Counted from the first letter of the stretch, positions 1 to 11,134 are shown. The stretch: 64,000 bases of DNA from Eledone cirrhosa (GCA_964016885.1 OZ024760.1:34472001-34536000), one strand, 5' to 3'. Made by a program: numbers and translations. Notes: generated from the letters alone by a model not told the origin.

Positions 1-37
1 GTGTGTATGTCATATTGTGGTGTTGACATAATGTATA

Positions 38-2085
38 TTAAACCTTATTTAATGTTAGTCTATATTTTTGAATAAACATATTTTCCTTATTTATTCGCAT
101 TTGTTCTGTTGTATTGTTAGCGCAAAGGTAAAATGGGAAGACTTGGAATTTGGGTGTCTTATTACTTGCGCAAATGTCTAGATGTGCACTTAGTGGTATC
201 TGTCTCGTGGTTGGATCTCGTAATTGTTGGCGATGAACTGTCATTCTGTTTCTGAGTGTGAGTTTAGTTTGTCCTATATAATCTTCATTGCATCCTTTAC
301 ATTTAATGGCATAAATTAAATTTTTTGATGAGCAAGTGAAGTGATTTTTTACAGTAAAATTTTGTCCTGATTTAAATGTATACGTGTTGCCTTCAATGAG
401 GTGAGTGCAGGTTCCACAATTAGAGCGACCACATTTTTTGATACTTGGTTGTGGGTTTGTGGTAGGTAATTTGGCATTGGTGAGTAATGTTTTCAGTGAT
501 TTTGGTTGTCTTTTGCTTTTGATTATTTTGTGTGTTTCAAGGGCTTTTTTCATTCTTGGGTTTTGTTTTAGTAGTGGGATGTTATTGTGAATAGTGTTGT
601 AAGCTTCCGCATTTTTTGGGTTGTGTGTTGAGATATATGATAGAATATTGGACGTACCTTGAATTTGTTTCTGTTTCCGTAATTCATCAATGCCTATTGC
701 TTTAGCCCTTTCTATTCCATTATTTATTAGTAATAGTGGGTACTCTCTCTCAAGTAGAATTTCCTTTAATTCTTGAAGTCTTTTATTTCGCGTTTCATAA
801 TTGGAGACAATTGTGCAAATTCTTCTTGCTAGGTTAAAAGGAATGTTCGTCTTCGTGTGCTTTGGATGGTTGGAGGTGAATAGCAGATATTGTTTGGAAT
901 CTGTTGGTTTGTAGTGTATGTCAGTTTCGATATTTGTGTCTTTTTTTGTGATTAAGATGTCCAGAAATGGGAGTTGATCTTGGCTGTATTCCATTGTGAA
1001 TTGGATGTGGTTATTGATGCCGTTTATTAAGTTTTTGAAATCCTTCAGTTGGTCGAGTGTGTGGGACCAAAGAATGAGGCAATCATCCAAGTAGCGTTTC
1101 CAATTCTCTGATAAATATTTGTGGAAGTTCAATCCGTATTTTGATTTGGACTGTTCATATATCTGGACTTCTAAGTATGCCATGACTAAGTTGGCATAAG
1201 TTGGAGCGGCTTTTGTGCCCATCGCAGTCCCCGATATTTGCTTGTAAGTATTGCCATCGAAATCAAAAAAGTTGTTCTGTAGGATGAATTTTAATCCCTC
1301 GGTGATGAAGCTTTTTTCTATTCTGTCAGGTATCTCATTGGGATATTTCTCTAGCCAGAATCCTATTGCTTCTAGTCCGTATTGGTGTGGGATCGTTGTG
1401 TAGAGATTCACTACATCGAAAGACACAATAATAGTGTCGTTGTTGACATGTTTGGGGAGGTGGTTTAAGAGGTCCAGATCGTCTCTTACAAGGCTTGGTA
1501 TGTGTTTCAGTATTGGTTTCAGTAGTATGTCTATAAAGTTGCTCAATCTTTGTGTTTCACATTGTGGGCCCGCTACAATTGGTCTTAATTTAAGGTCTGT
1601 GGGGGTATTGTGTGTTCACGCAGGCTGAGGTGGATTGTTTACAGGCATCGTTGATTATTTTACATTTGTGGATCTTCGGAAGTCCGTAAAGGTTGCTGGT
1701 TTTGTATTCAAAATTTGTTAAATAATCGCGTTCCTTTTTAGTTAGGTCTTCCTGGTATCGATAAATCAGTGTGTTTAATTTGGTCATTATTTTTGATTGC
1801 TGGTAGTTTTTTACTCTTTCATAGTAATTAGTATTTTGTAAGAGAGAGAACATAGAATTTTTATATTTTTCAGCCTCCATAATGACAACAGAACTTCCCT
1901 TGTCCGTTTCCTTCATTACAATGTCCGTATTGTTTTTTAGTTCATGGATAATCTCCCATTCCCTTCGACTTGTGTTGGGTTTGGGTTTAGGTTGCGGTAG
2001 TTCATGGTATGGGAAGGTAGCTATGTGGTCACAAAATTTGTCCAGAACTCTGTTTCTACCTTTTGTTGGGTTGTAGCTGCTTTCA
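38..2085 (-). mobile_element. Penelope-like retroelement (Neptune-like), 5'-truncated, RT + GIY-YIG endonuclease ORF split by one frameshift near 1590-1615
   Basis: ORF 1590-2165 gives IVMKETDKG and LYGLPKIHK. The alternate frame reads LRPIVAG into ORF 38-1546, which has SFDVVNLYT, GTAMGTKAAPTYANL, WKRYLDD, LPFLDI, a Cys-rich linker CGRSNCGTC and the GIY-YIG motif LIYAIKC..YIGQT..RM..H. The 3' end runs off the window. Confidence 0.92.
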
Positions 2086-2560
2086 CATGACAGCCAAATT
2101 TCATTTATAACCAACCAAAAAAAAGCCTTCGTGAGCCTCCTTTTTTCAAGTAAAAAGAAATTCAAACACTCATATTTGAAAAAACAACCTGTGACAACCC
2201 CCCCTCTCTTATTTGAAGAACTATTGTAACGCGAACTGGCGCGAAATTTATTATAATTATTGACAAACCAATCAAATTACTTCTCGAAAAACCTGGCTTT
2301 CGAGCCACTTTTTCCATATAAAACAAGTAACATTTAGAGACCAACCAGATGTGAGAAAAACCACAGACCCTCCATCTCAACTCACCTTTTGAAAAGCAGA
2401 AGAACTGCGAAACCGGTAAAAGAACCAAATAAATATATATATTTTTTAAAAAAATAAGACTTCAGTTGCATTTTCGATTTCATCTCTTTTTCTTTATACT
2501 TCCACTCGTGTAGGACACCTCGGTTATTTTTCATTTTGTAAAAAAAAACCTCACTTTCTA
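2086..2560 (+). mobile_element. Probable inverted pseudo-LTR of the adjacent Penelope-like element
   Basis: Non-coding segment fused to the truncated 5' end of the PLE. It carries a hammerhead motif on the strand opposite the ORF and ends in (TA)n. The cognate 3' pLTR lies outside the window, so identity is not verified. Confidence 0.55.
2385..2422 (+). ncRNA. Minimal type I hammerhead ribozyme-like motif (U3-A8 core variant)
   Basis: cctt-TTGAAAA-GCAG aagaa CTGC-GAAA-CCGG-TA-aaag: perfect 4-bp stem II, palindromic ACCGGT stem III region, GUA cleavage triplet. Stem I is weak (one mismatch). Confidence 0.6.
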
Positions 2561-2615
2561 ATATATATGTATATATATATATATGTATATATATATATGT
2601 ATATATATATATATG

Positions 2616-2688
<73 letters not shown>

Positions 2689-2709
2689 ATATATATATAT
2701 GTATATATG

Positions 2710-2740
<31 letters not shown>

Positions 2741-2825
2741 GTGTATATATATGTATATATATATATATGTATATATATGTATATATATATATGTATATAT
2801 ATGTATATATATATATATATATGTG

Positions 2826-2870
<45 letters not shown>

Positions 2871-3638
2871 GTATATATATGTATATATATATATGTATAT
2901 ATATATGTATATATATGTATATATATATATATGTATATATATATATGTATATATATGTATATATATGTATATATATGTATATATATATATATGTATATAT
3001 ATATGTATATATATGGATATATATATATATATGTATATATATGTATATATATATATTATATATTATATATAATATAGTATATATGATATATATATATGTA
3101 TATATATGATATATATATTAATATATTATATGTATATATATATATATATATTATATATATATATATATATTATATATATAAGTATATATAGTATATATAA
3201 TATATATATATATGTATATATATATAATATATATATATATATATGTAATATATAGATATATATATATATATATATGTATATTAATATATATATATATAGA
3301 TATATATATATGTATATATGTATATATATATATATATCGTATTCATATGTATATATATATATATGTATATATGTATATATGTATATATATATATATGTAT
3401 ATATGTATATATATATATATTATATATATTATATGTATATATTATATATATATATATGTATATGTATATATGTATATATATTATATGATATATATATATT
3501 ATGATATATTATATATATATATATAAGTTTATATATATGTATATATATATATATATGTATATATATGTATATATATATATATGTATATAATGTATATGTA
3601 TATATATGTATATATGTATATATATATATATATGTATA

Positions 3639-3717
<79 letters not shown>

Positions 3718-3770
3718 GTATATATATGTATATATATATATATATGTATATATATGTATATATATATATA
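2561..3770. repeat. (TA)n/(TATG)n microsatellite, ~1.2 kb
   Basis: Direct reading; source of the spurious YI-repeat ORFs. Confidence 0.98.
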
Positions 3771-3783
3771 TTTATTAAAATAA

Positions 3784-3857
3784 CAGATTAAAGTTTAAGC
3801 AAAGAATCGCTGCTTTCACCCTTAACGGGATCTTCTGAAACTAACAAAGTCAATCTG
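3784..3857 (-). ncRNA. Type I hammerhead-like motif with CAGAAGA core in the PLE 3' pLTR
   Basis: Minus strand: CAGATTGA..AGTTT-CAGAAGA-TCCC gttaa GGGT-GAAA-GCAG cgattct TTGC-TT-AAACT-TTAATCTG. All three stems plus a distal stem I extension can be drawn. Confidence 0.6.
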
Positions 3858-3932
3858 TAAACGCAGAAGTGGATATTTCAAAAAACGTCGCAACCAGAGG
3901 AAGACAGGAAGACGATACTTTGGTTCGTGGGA

Positions 3933-4200
3933 ACGTTCCCTGGCAAAGAAGGGGAAAAAACGAATATAATACGTCATTAATAGGAGCGGTGAAAAACAAT
4001 TACGCGCAAAGACAGAACCACGTTTATGGTATAAAAGAGGTCGTAGACTAATGTTCTCTTAGGTGGTTCATAGAGACGTTCTCTGGCAATGAACGAAAAA
4101 AACGAAGATAATACGTCATATGTGGTCCGTGGAGAACAATTGCACGCAAAGACAAAAACACGTAAATGGTATAGCAGAAATCGTAGACTAAAATTCTAAC
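3933..4200. repeat. Two diverged ~145-bp tandem units in the PLE 3' UTR
   Basis: acgtt..ctggcaa..aaaaaacgaa..ataatacgtcat..aacaatt..cgcaaagaca..tcgtagactaa occurs twice. Confidence 0.75.
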
Positions 4201-6004
4201 TAGGAGACCGAATGAATCTCCGCTTCAGAGTTAACAACAAAGTAAATAAATACAATACAGAGGTAATAGAAATTAAATAAATACATACAGGCAAACAAAT
4301 ACGTACATACACAAGCATACGCGAAAACACTTACCATAGGTATACAAATAAATAAATAATTAAATAAACGTATATAAATAAATATGTAAATAACAAGCGC
4401 ACACACATACCTACATGTAAATACACAAATGTTCGGAGACGTAAGTCAACCAAAAAATGAAGTACACATATACACACACCCTACATACGTACGAACCTGC
4501 ATACTCACACAGACGCAAAACTCCCGTATACACATAACCAAACCATATGTACCAGAATATGTAAAATTATACGCCAAAACATATACAATCAAATATACGT
4601 ACGAGAAGGTATACGTACCTTCACAAAACATACAGGTAATATATACTTACCTATGCAAATAAGTAATGGTATAAACAAAACATATACTTAGCTACCACAT
4701 CCAGACGTAAAATATCCACGTATAGATCGTACTATCCGATAGGGTATAGCGTGGGGCTGTAATACAGGAAAGTTTTGTGCAATTTATGTTTACAAGCCGA
4801 AATTGCCTCAGATTTTTTGTTTAAGATGTGGTCTGTGGCGTAGAGTATTTCCAAGGCCTCAGCGGTGCAGAGGTCACATGGTCTTTTATTTCCGTTATAC
4901 GAACTAGCCCTAGCTAGGATCTCCCAGTGTAACTTATTTTGGGTGTGGTCGTCTTTTAGACTCCAGATATAAGCTGAAAGTGACGTCATATTCCTTCTTA
5001 GAGGGTAACGAAAAGAATGGGTATGCATGTAAAGACGCTGCTTGAATCTATTGGCGGTTAACCCTATGTAGGCCCTACGGGACGTGGGTGTTTCAACCTT
5101 ACATTTGTAGACAATGTTACTAGAGAGGCATTTCCCGGATAGGGGGCAATCAACCCGATTCCTACAATTACAGTTAGTACTAACTACAGGGTTGCACGTG
5201 TTTCTGCAGCTAGGTAGTTTAGCTAAATTTGAAGCTGTGATGTTATGTGCAAGGTTAGGAGTTGTAGAGTAAGAAATTTTAATAGTATTTCTATTAAAAA
5301 TTTTACTATATTTATGTGTAGGGGGAAAATGCTTCGTAATAAGGGAACGAAAGATCTTAGCTAATGGTGTGGCCACCTCCATATTATATGGTGGGTTATA
5401 CCAACAAATGCGACGGGATCTATTTCTTCTAGTTCTATTTTCGTACTCTGTATATGCTACCTTATCGACAAATCCACTCCGAGCAAGAGCTTCATTGTAA
5501 TAAGTGGAATGGTCGTTGAAAATATGCTCGTTAGTAGATAGACGGGAAAGCCTCAACGAAACGTTTCTTACCAGGTTCTTGGTTATGCTGGCAGGATGGT
5601 TGGAATGTTTACTTATGTAATTAAGCATAATACAACCCATTCAGTAAATTGAGGGTAACGTCGAGGTAATTAACGACCGAGAGGTTGAAGCCTTTAAAGA
5701 AGGCTGTGAGTTCTTTTCTGAACCTGTCGAAAGCACGAGGTCCGCACTTAGTCATGGTCAAAAGACCATCATCACGGTACAAACCACCGCCCGCGTTGGG
5801 GTATTCGTCCTTAGCGATTCTTTGCTTAAACTTTAATCTGTTATTTTAATAAATATTTGCTCTACGGTTCTTATATATTTGATATATATTTATCCTTATC
5901 GAGCCCTCTTTGGATTTTAGTCTTAAAATTTATTATTATTACTATATATATATATATATATATAATAATATATAAGATCGAAATATGGTTAAAAGAGTCC
6001 CATG

Positions 6005-6075
6005 TATTTTATTATGCGCATTTCAAAAACAAATATCATCATGCAATAACATTTGCGTTTTCGTCAGATAAAATA
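6005..6075 (-). ncRNA. Type I hammerhead ribozyme (left arm of palindrome)
   Basis: Exact reverse complement of 6209-6279. Confidence 0.8.
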
Positions 6076-6208
6076 GGGAGACATGATATGAAGGTTAAAA
6101 CACACTTGTGAATAGTGCAGTTTTAAAGCAACATATTTTAAATCAACATATGTTGATTTAAAACTGCACTATTCACAAGTGTGTTTTAACCTTCATATCA
6201 TGTCTCCC

Positions 6209-6279
6209 TATTTTATCTGACGAAAACGCAAATGTTATTGCATGATGATATTTGTTTTTGAAATGCGCATAATAAAATA
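6209..6279 (+). ncRNA. Type I hammerhead ribozyme (right arm of palindrome)
   Basis: TATTTTAT-CTGACGA-[~16-bp stem II, GCAT loop]-GAAA-TGCGCA-TA-ATAAAATA: canonical core, 8-bp stem I, palindromic stem III. Predicted cleavage is after A6271. Confidence 0.82.
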
Positions 6280-6405
6280 CATGGAACTCTTTTAACCATC
6301 TTTTGATCTTATATATTATTATTTATACTGCAGTCCTACAAACTGTAGAGTGCTACTTATCTGATATCTGCATTGCTTTATTGTACTACAATAAAACTCA
6401 CCTCC

Positions 6406-6407
<2 letters not shown>

Positions 6408-6473
<66 letters not shown>

Positions 6474-6476
6474 TAC
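6408..6476. repeat. (TA)n microsatellite
   Basis: Direct reading. Confidence 0.95.
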
Positions 6477-9400
6477 TCCAATCCGGACTGCCTGGCGCTA
6501 TAAAAGACAGATTCTATGAGACACTGATGCTCACTACCTCCCAAATAACCGACAGTGACTATATAATTATTGCTGGCGACCTAAATGGTCATATGGACAA
6601 CATTATGACGGAATCCACGGAGGCTATGGGTTTGGTACTAGAAACGAGGAAGGCTCCAGAATCCTGGAATTCTGTGATGCAAATAACCTAACTATCTGTA
6701 ACACTAACTTTAAAAGACGAGACAATCACCTGATCACCTACAGATCAGGGGAACATACCAGCTAGGTAGATTATATCCTTACCAGAAGACGTGACAGTGT
6801 CTGTTGTAAACACTAAATCCCTCCCCCATGAAGAATTCACCTCCCAACATAGACTGATAATTAGCGACCTCATAGTCAGGACGAGACGTACTAGACAGCA
6901 GAAGAGGACTATCCTCAGGAGAAAAATATGGAAGCTAAAGGATCCCACAGCCAGAAATAAATTTAAAAGCATATTACTTGATGCTTTCGACAGTAAGGAA
7001 GAGCAATTAGAGTCGTACAATATAGAGGAACAGTGGGAATTCCTGAAAGCAAACCTGCTGATGGCGGCAGACGAAGTCTGTGGCTGGAGCAGGCCTGTAG
7101 GCAGGAGGAGAGTAACATGGTGGTGGAACAGTGAGGTGGAGGGGTCAATCAAGGTCAAAAACCAGGCTTGGAAAGCATGGCGGGATGGGGGAAGTAGAGA
7201 AGACTATCAAGTGGCCAGGAGGGAAGCTAGGAGACAAGTGTACGTCGCAAGAAGGGAAGCAGAGGAAAGAAAGTTCAAGCATGTTCTACAACGCGAGGAC
7301 CAAAAACGTGAGGTGTTCAGGATTGCTAGGCAATGTGTCAAGGAAAACCGTGATATTGTCGGGGAGAAGTGTGTACTTAATGATGATGGCGAGTATGCCA
7401 TCACTGACGCTGATAAGAAGGTAGCTTGGAAGTGTCACTACGAAAGGCTACTAAATGAGGAGAATAAATGGGAGATAGACAGTCTCCCCCACATCGACCC
7501 AATAGAGGGACCAGCAGTGTTAGTCCAGGGTAGTATAATAAGTAAGGCAATCAAAGATATGAAGACGGGTAAGGCGGCTGGGGCTTCGGAAATAGTTGCT
7601 GAGATGCTGAAAGCCTCTGGAACGGTGGGACACACCATGGTCACCCGGATAGTAAACCAAGTCATACAGAATGGGGTTGTTCCGAAGGACTGGCGTAGCA
7701 GCATCATCGTTAACTGTTACAAGGGTAAAGGAGACGCCCTAGATAGGAGTAACTATAGAGGCATTAAATTAATCGACCAGGTCATGAAGGTCACGGAAAA
7801 AGTAATAGCACAACTAATCAGAGAGAGAATTGATCTAGATGAAATGCAGTTCGGGTTTGTGTCAGGCAAAAGTACCACAGACACTCTTTTCATTGTACGA
7901 CAACTACAGGAGAAGTACCTAGCTAAAAGTAAACCCCTATACTTAGCTTCCGTCGACTTGGAGAAAGCCTTCGACAGAGTCCCCTGTTACATTATCTGGT
8001 GGGCTCTTAGAAAACTAGGTGTTGATGAATGGCTTGTGAGAGCTATACAAGCCATGTATAAAGAAACAGTCAGCAAGGTCAGAATTAACAACGAATATAG
8101 TGAAGAGTTTAGCGTAAAAGTTGGCGTTCATCAGGGCTCCGTCCTTATCCCCCTACTATTTATTATTGCCTTTCAGGCTATAACAGTGGAGTTCAAGACC
8201 GGCTGCCCATGGGAACTCCTATACGCAGATGATCTAACGCTCATAGCTGAATTAATGGCCGAGCTAGAGAAGAAATTCCAAACATGGAAGCACGGCCTAG
8301 AATCAAAAGGCCTTAAAATTAACCTGGCTAAGACTAAAGTTCTAGTTTGTAGGAAAGAAAATAAGGCGCCGGTCCCTTCCGGGAAATAGCCATGCTCAGT
8401 GTGTAGGAAAGGCGTAGGTAGAAACTCCGTTTTATGTCCCAAATGCAAAGTATGGGTGCATAAAAGATGTAGTGGGATCACAGGTAAGCTAACTAAGAAC
8501 ATAGATTTTACATGTGGCCGGTGCTCTGGTGCAATAAGTAGCAGCAAGTGCCCCAAAAATACTAGCTCTTTCAATTACGCAGAGGGTTCTATAGAAATAG
8601 TGGACAGCTTCCGTTACCTGGGTGACAAGATCAGCAATGGGGGAGGGTGCTCTGAAAGTACAGTAGCTAGAGTCAGAACTGGATGGAAAAAGTTCAGAGA
8701 GCTTATACCACTATTAGCTGCTAAAGGGTTTCTCCCTAAAAATGAAAGGCAGGCTGTATGATGCCTGCATACGAACAGCAATGTTGCATGGCAGTGAGAC
8801 CTGGGCATTGTGCGCAGAGGATATACGCAGGCTAGAAAGGAACGAAGCTTGCATGCTCCGCTGGATGTATAATAGTAATATACGCGAACGGCAAAGCATA
8901 AACGAACTAAGGGAAAAATTAGAAATAAGAGGGATCAGATGTTGTTTACTCGAGAGAAGGCTACGTTGGTATGGTCACGTGATGCGCATGAAAGACGACA
9001 GCTGTATAAAAAGTGCAGGGCAATAAAGGTAGACGGTAGCCACGGAGGAGGCAGACCCAGAAAAACCTGGGACGACCTGATAAATTCCGACCTCACACGC
9101 TTATACCTCTTCAAGACAATGTCACTGGACCAAGATCTTTGGCGGTACTCAGTAATAGAGAAGACCCGCCTTACCTAAGTACAAAGTGAAACCTACTACA
9201 GTCAGTAGGCACCTCTAACAAAAATACACCCCCGTCCCACCACCCCCACCCCATCGACACCACTCCTTTCAATGTAAAGTTATGTTGGTGCCACAACATC
9301 CAGGCCGAAACAAATGAGATCGTGTAGGTGTCACGACAAAAAAACACACAGTCCACGCTGTAATGTGGCCGTGTAGGCAACACGGTAAAAACCTCCCGGC

Positions 9401-9562
9401 CCCACACTGTAAATGTGGTTGGTGTTAGGAAGGGCATCCAGCTGTAGAAAACCCGCCAGACAGTCCTATGCCAGCAAGACAACTTGCTTCAAGTGGGAAA
9501 ACTCCCGTCCAAACCCATGCAAGCGTGGAACATGGACGTTAAACGATGATGATGATGATGAT
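6477..9562 (+). mobile_element. RTE-clade non-LTR retrotransposon, copy A (5'-truncated within the AP endonuclease; frameshifts and a TAG stop)
   Basis: Starts at QSGLPGAIKDRFYE. ORF 6791-8389 has NYRGIKL, QFGF, VDLEKAFDRVP, GVHQGSVL, LLYADDL. The C-terminus has RLRWYGHVMRM..GRPRKTW, and the element ends in a (GAT)n tail at 9544-9562. Confidence 0.95.
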
Positions 9563-9622
9563 GTGTATATTTATATATATATATATATAGATATATATAT
9601 ATGTGTGTATATATATATATAT

Positions 9623-9714
<92 letters not shown>

Positions 9715-9717
9715 ATT

Positions 9718-9806
<89 letters not shown>

Positions 9807-9883
9807 GTATATATATATATGTGTATATATATATATGTATATATATATGTATATATATATATATATGTGTATATATATATATG

Positions 9884-9916
<33 letters not shown>

Positions 9917-9996
9917 GTGTATATATATATATGTATATATATATATATGTGTATATATATATATATGTGTATATATATATATGTATGTGTATATAT
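9563..9996. repeat. (TA)n/(TG) microsatellite
   Basis: Direct reading. Confidence 0.97.
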
Positions 9997-10608
9997 GGTG
10001 TCAGGTCACCAGTTGCTGCTACTGGTAACATGTATCCCAGTACAACCTGTCTCATGGTCGGGTCGTTGGCGACTAAACTGGCAACCCCACCAAGGTTTCT
10101 TGGTGAGGAGGGTGACTTTGGACATCCTGCAGGACTAAAAACAAAACCTGTCAAAGGGCAAAGGAGCTCTTAAGAGTCAATGGCCATCCAAAATCACCGG
10201 GAGAGATGACCCCTTAGCCTTTGTCAAGGCAGAATTCTAGGAGAAGGAAAACTCTGATATAACACCTGCAACCCTGATGGTATCCAATGATGTTGACTTG
10301 TTCTTCTTTTTGGTAAATATCATCTTGGTTAAGAGAGTGGGACTGGCTTTGTGCAGTGCCTTTGCTCACTATAAAAGCTTCACGGCACAGGCATTGCTTT
10401 ATATCTGGAGATCTCTCTGCACTTGTCCTCACATGGTACCATGGGCCCAGCACTATGTGTCAATAATTGTCACAAGTGTAGTGTTTGTACCAGAGTTTTC
10501 AAGTCGCTGGCTGGACTAAAAAGTCACACTCGTTCAGCGCTTCGGTAGGGGTTCTCCTACATGGATATAAAGTAGTGGCCGTACTCGAAAACGAGTTGGC
10601 AGCCACCA
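9997..10608. other. GC-richer island between microsatellites; probably LINE 5'-leader fragment(s)
   Basis: Contains CTAGGAGAAGGAAAACTCTGA, which resembles a motif recalled from RTE 5' UTRs, and hairpin-rich ends on both strands. No convincing ORF. Confidence 0.35.
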
Positions 10609-10642
10609 TATGTATATATATATATGTGTATATATATATATA

Positions 10643-10673
<31 letters not shown>

Positions 10674-10722
10674 GTGTGTATATATATATATATATATGTG
10701 TATATATATATATATATGTGTG

Positions 10723-10758
<36 letters not shown>

Positions 10759-10826
10759 TGTATAAAATATTAAAAAAATAATGAATAAAACAATGAAACA
10801 GTTCCTTATATTAAACAAAAAAAGTT

Positions 10827-10977
10827 CATTATTTAACGATCGTTTCTAGGATATATATGTGTTAGAATTGGCATGCATATTCAACAGATCTATGTACAAA
10901 ATTATACAAAATTATACAAACTATCAAGATTAAATATACATACCAAACACACATATATGCCGTCTTCAGAAATAATG
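10827..10977 (-). ncRNA. Type I hammerhead-like motif with very long stem II/loop
   Basis: Minus strand: CATTATTT-CTGAAGA-cggcATATATGTGT...ACACATATATatccta-GAAAC GATC GT-T-AAATAATG. It has an 8-bp stem I and a palindromic stem III; the base of stem II is imperfect. Confidence 0.6.
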
Positions 10978-11043
10978 TATATGTATATATATATATATGT
11001 ATATAATATATAATATATATGTATATAATATATAATATATATG

Positions 11044-11134
<91 letters not shown>

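Larger units (their letters stand above)
3768..5856 (-). mobile_element. Penelope-like retroelement (Naiad-like), 5'-truncated and degenerate, with 3' pLTR and short inverted pLTR copy at the 5' junction
   Basis: Minus frame at ~5812-5621 reads GGLYRDDGL...VNYLDVTLNL. ORF 4732-5640 has SNHP, WYNPPY, KISYS, CNCR..CPLSGKCL..IVYKC..YIGLT..FKQR..H (GIY-YIG). Positions 3768-3811 and 5813-5856 are reverse complements. Clade call is from recalled motifs. Confidence 0.88.
5962..6322. mobile_element. ~360-bp palindromic ORF-less element (two head-to-head pLTR-like units)
   Basis: Arms are near-perfect reverse complements centred at 6150/6151 (aatcaacat|atgttgatt), with a 16-bp duplication at 6121-6136. 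A single arm recurs at 11137-11307. Confidence 0.9.

Noticed and set aside
2567-3791. Many Y/I/C/M-rich ORFs here and at 9413-10173, 11278-11713, 14870-15187 and 17702-18021
   Set aside because: These are translations of stop-free (TA)n/(TG)n microsatellites, not proteins.
4732-5640. Selenocysteine-recoding Naiad (in-frame TGA), as reported for some members of this clade
   Set aside because: The ORF has ordinary Cys codons and no in-frame TGA; no SECIS was recognised.
5962-6322. Classical DNA-transposon MITE interpretation of the palindrome
   Set aside because: There is no spacer and no recognisable superfamily TIR end, a solo arm exists elsewhere, and each arm encodes a hammerhead. A retroelement-derived origin fits better, though a MITE is not fully excluded.
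6745-8899. Antisense and alternate-frame ORFs overlapping the RTE copies
   Set aside because: These are shadow ORFs of the RT coding sequence with no independent motifs.
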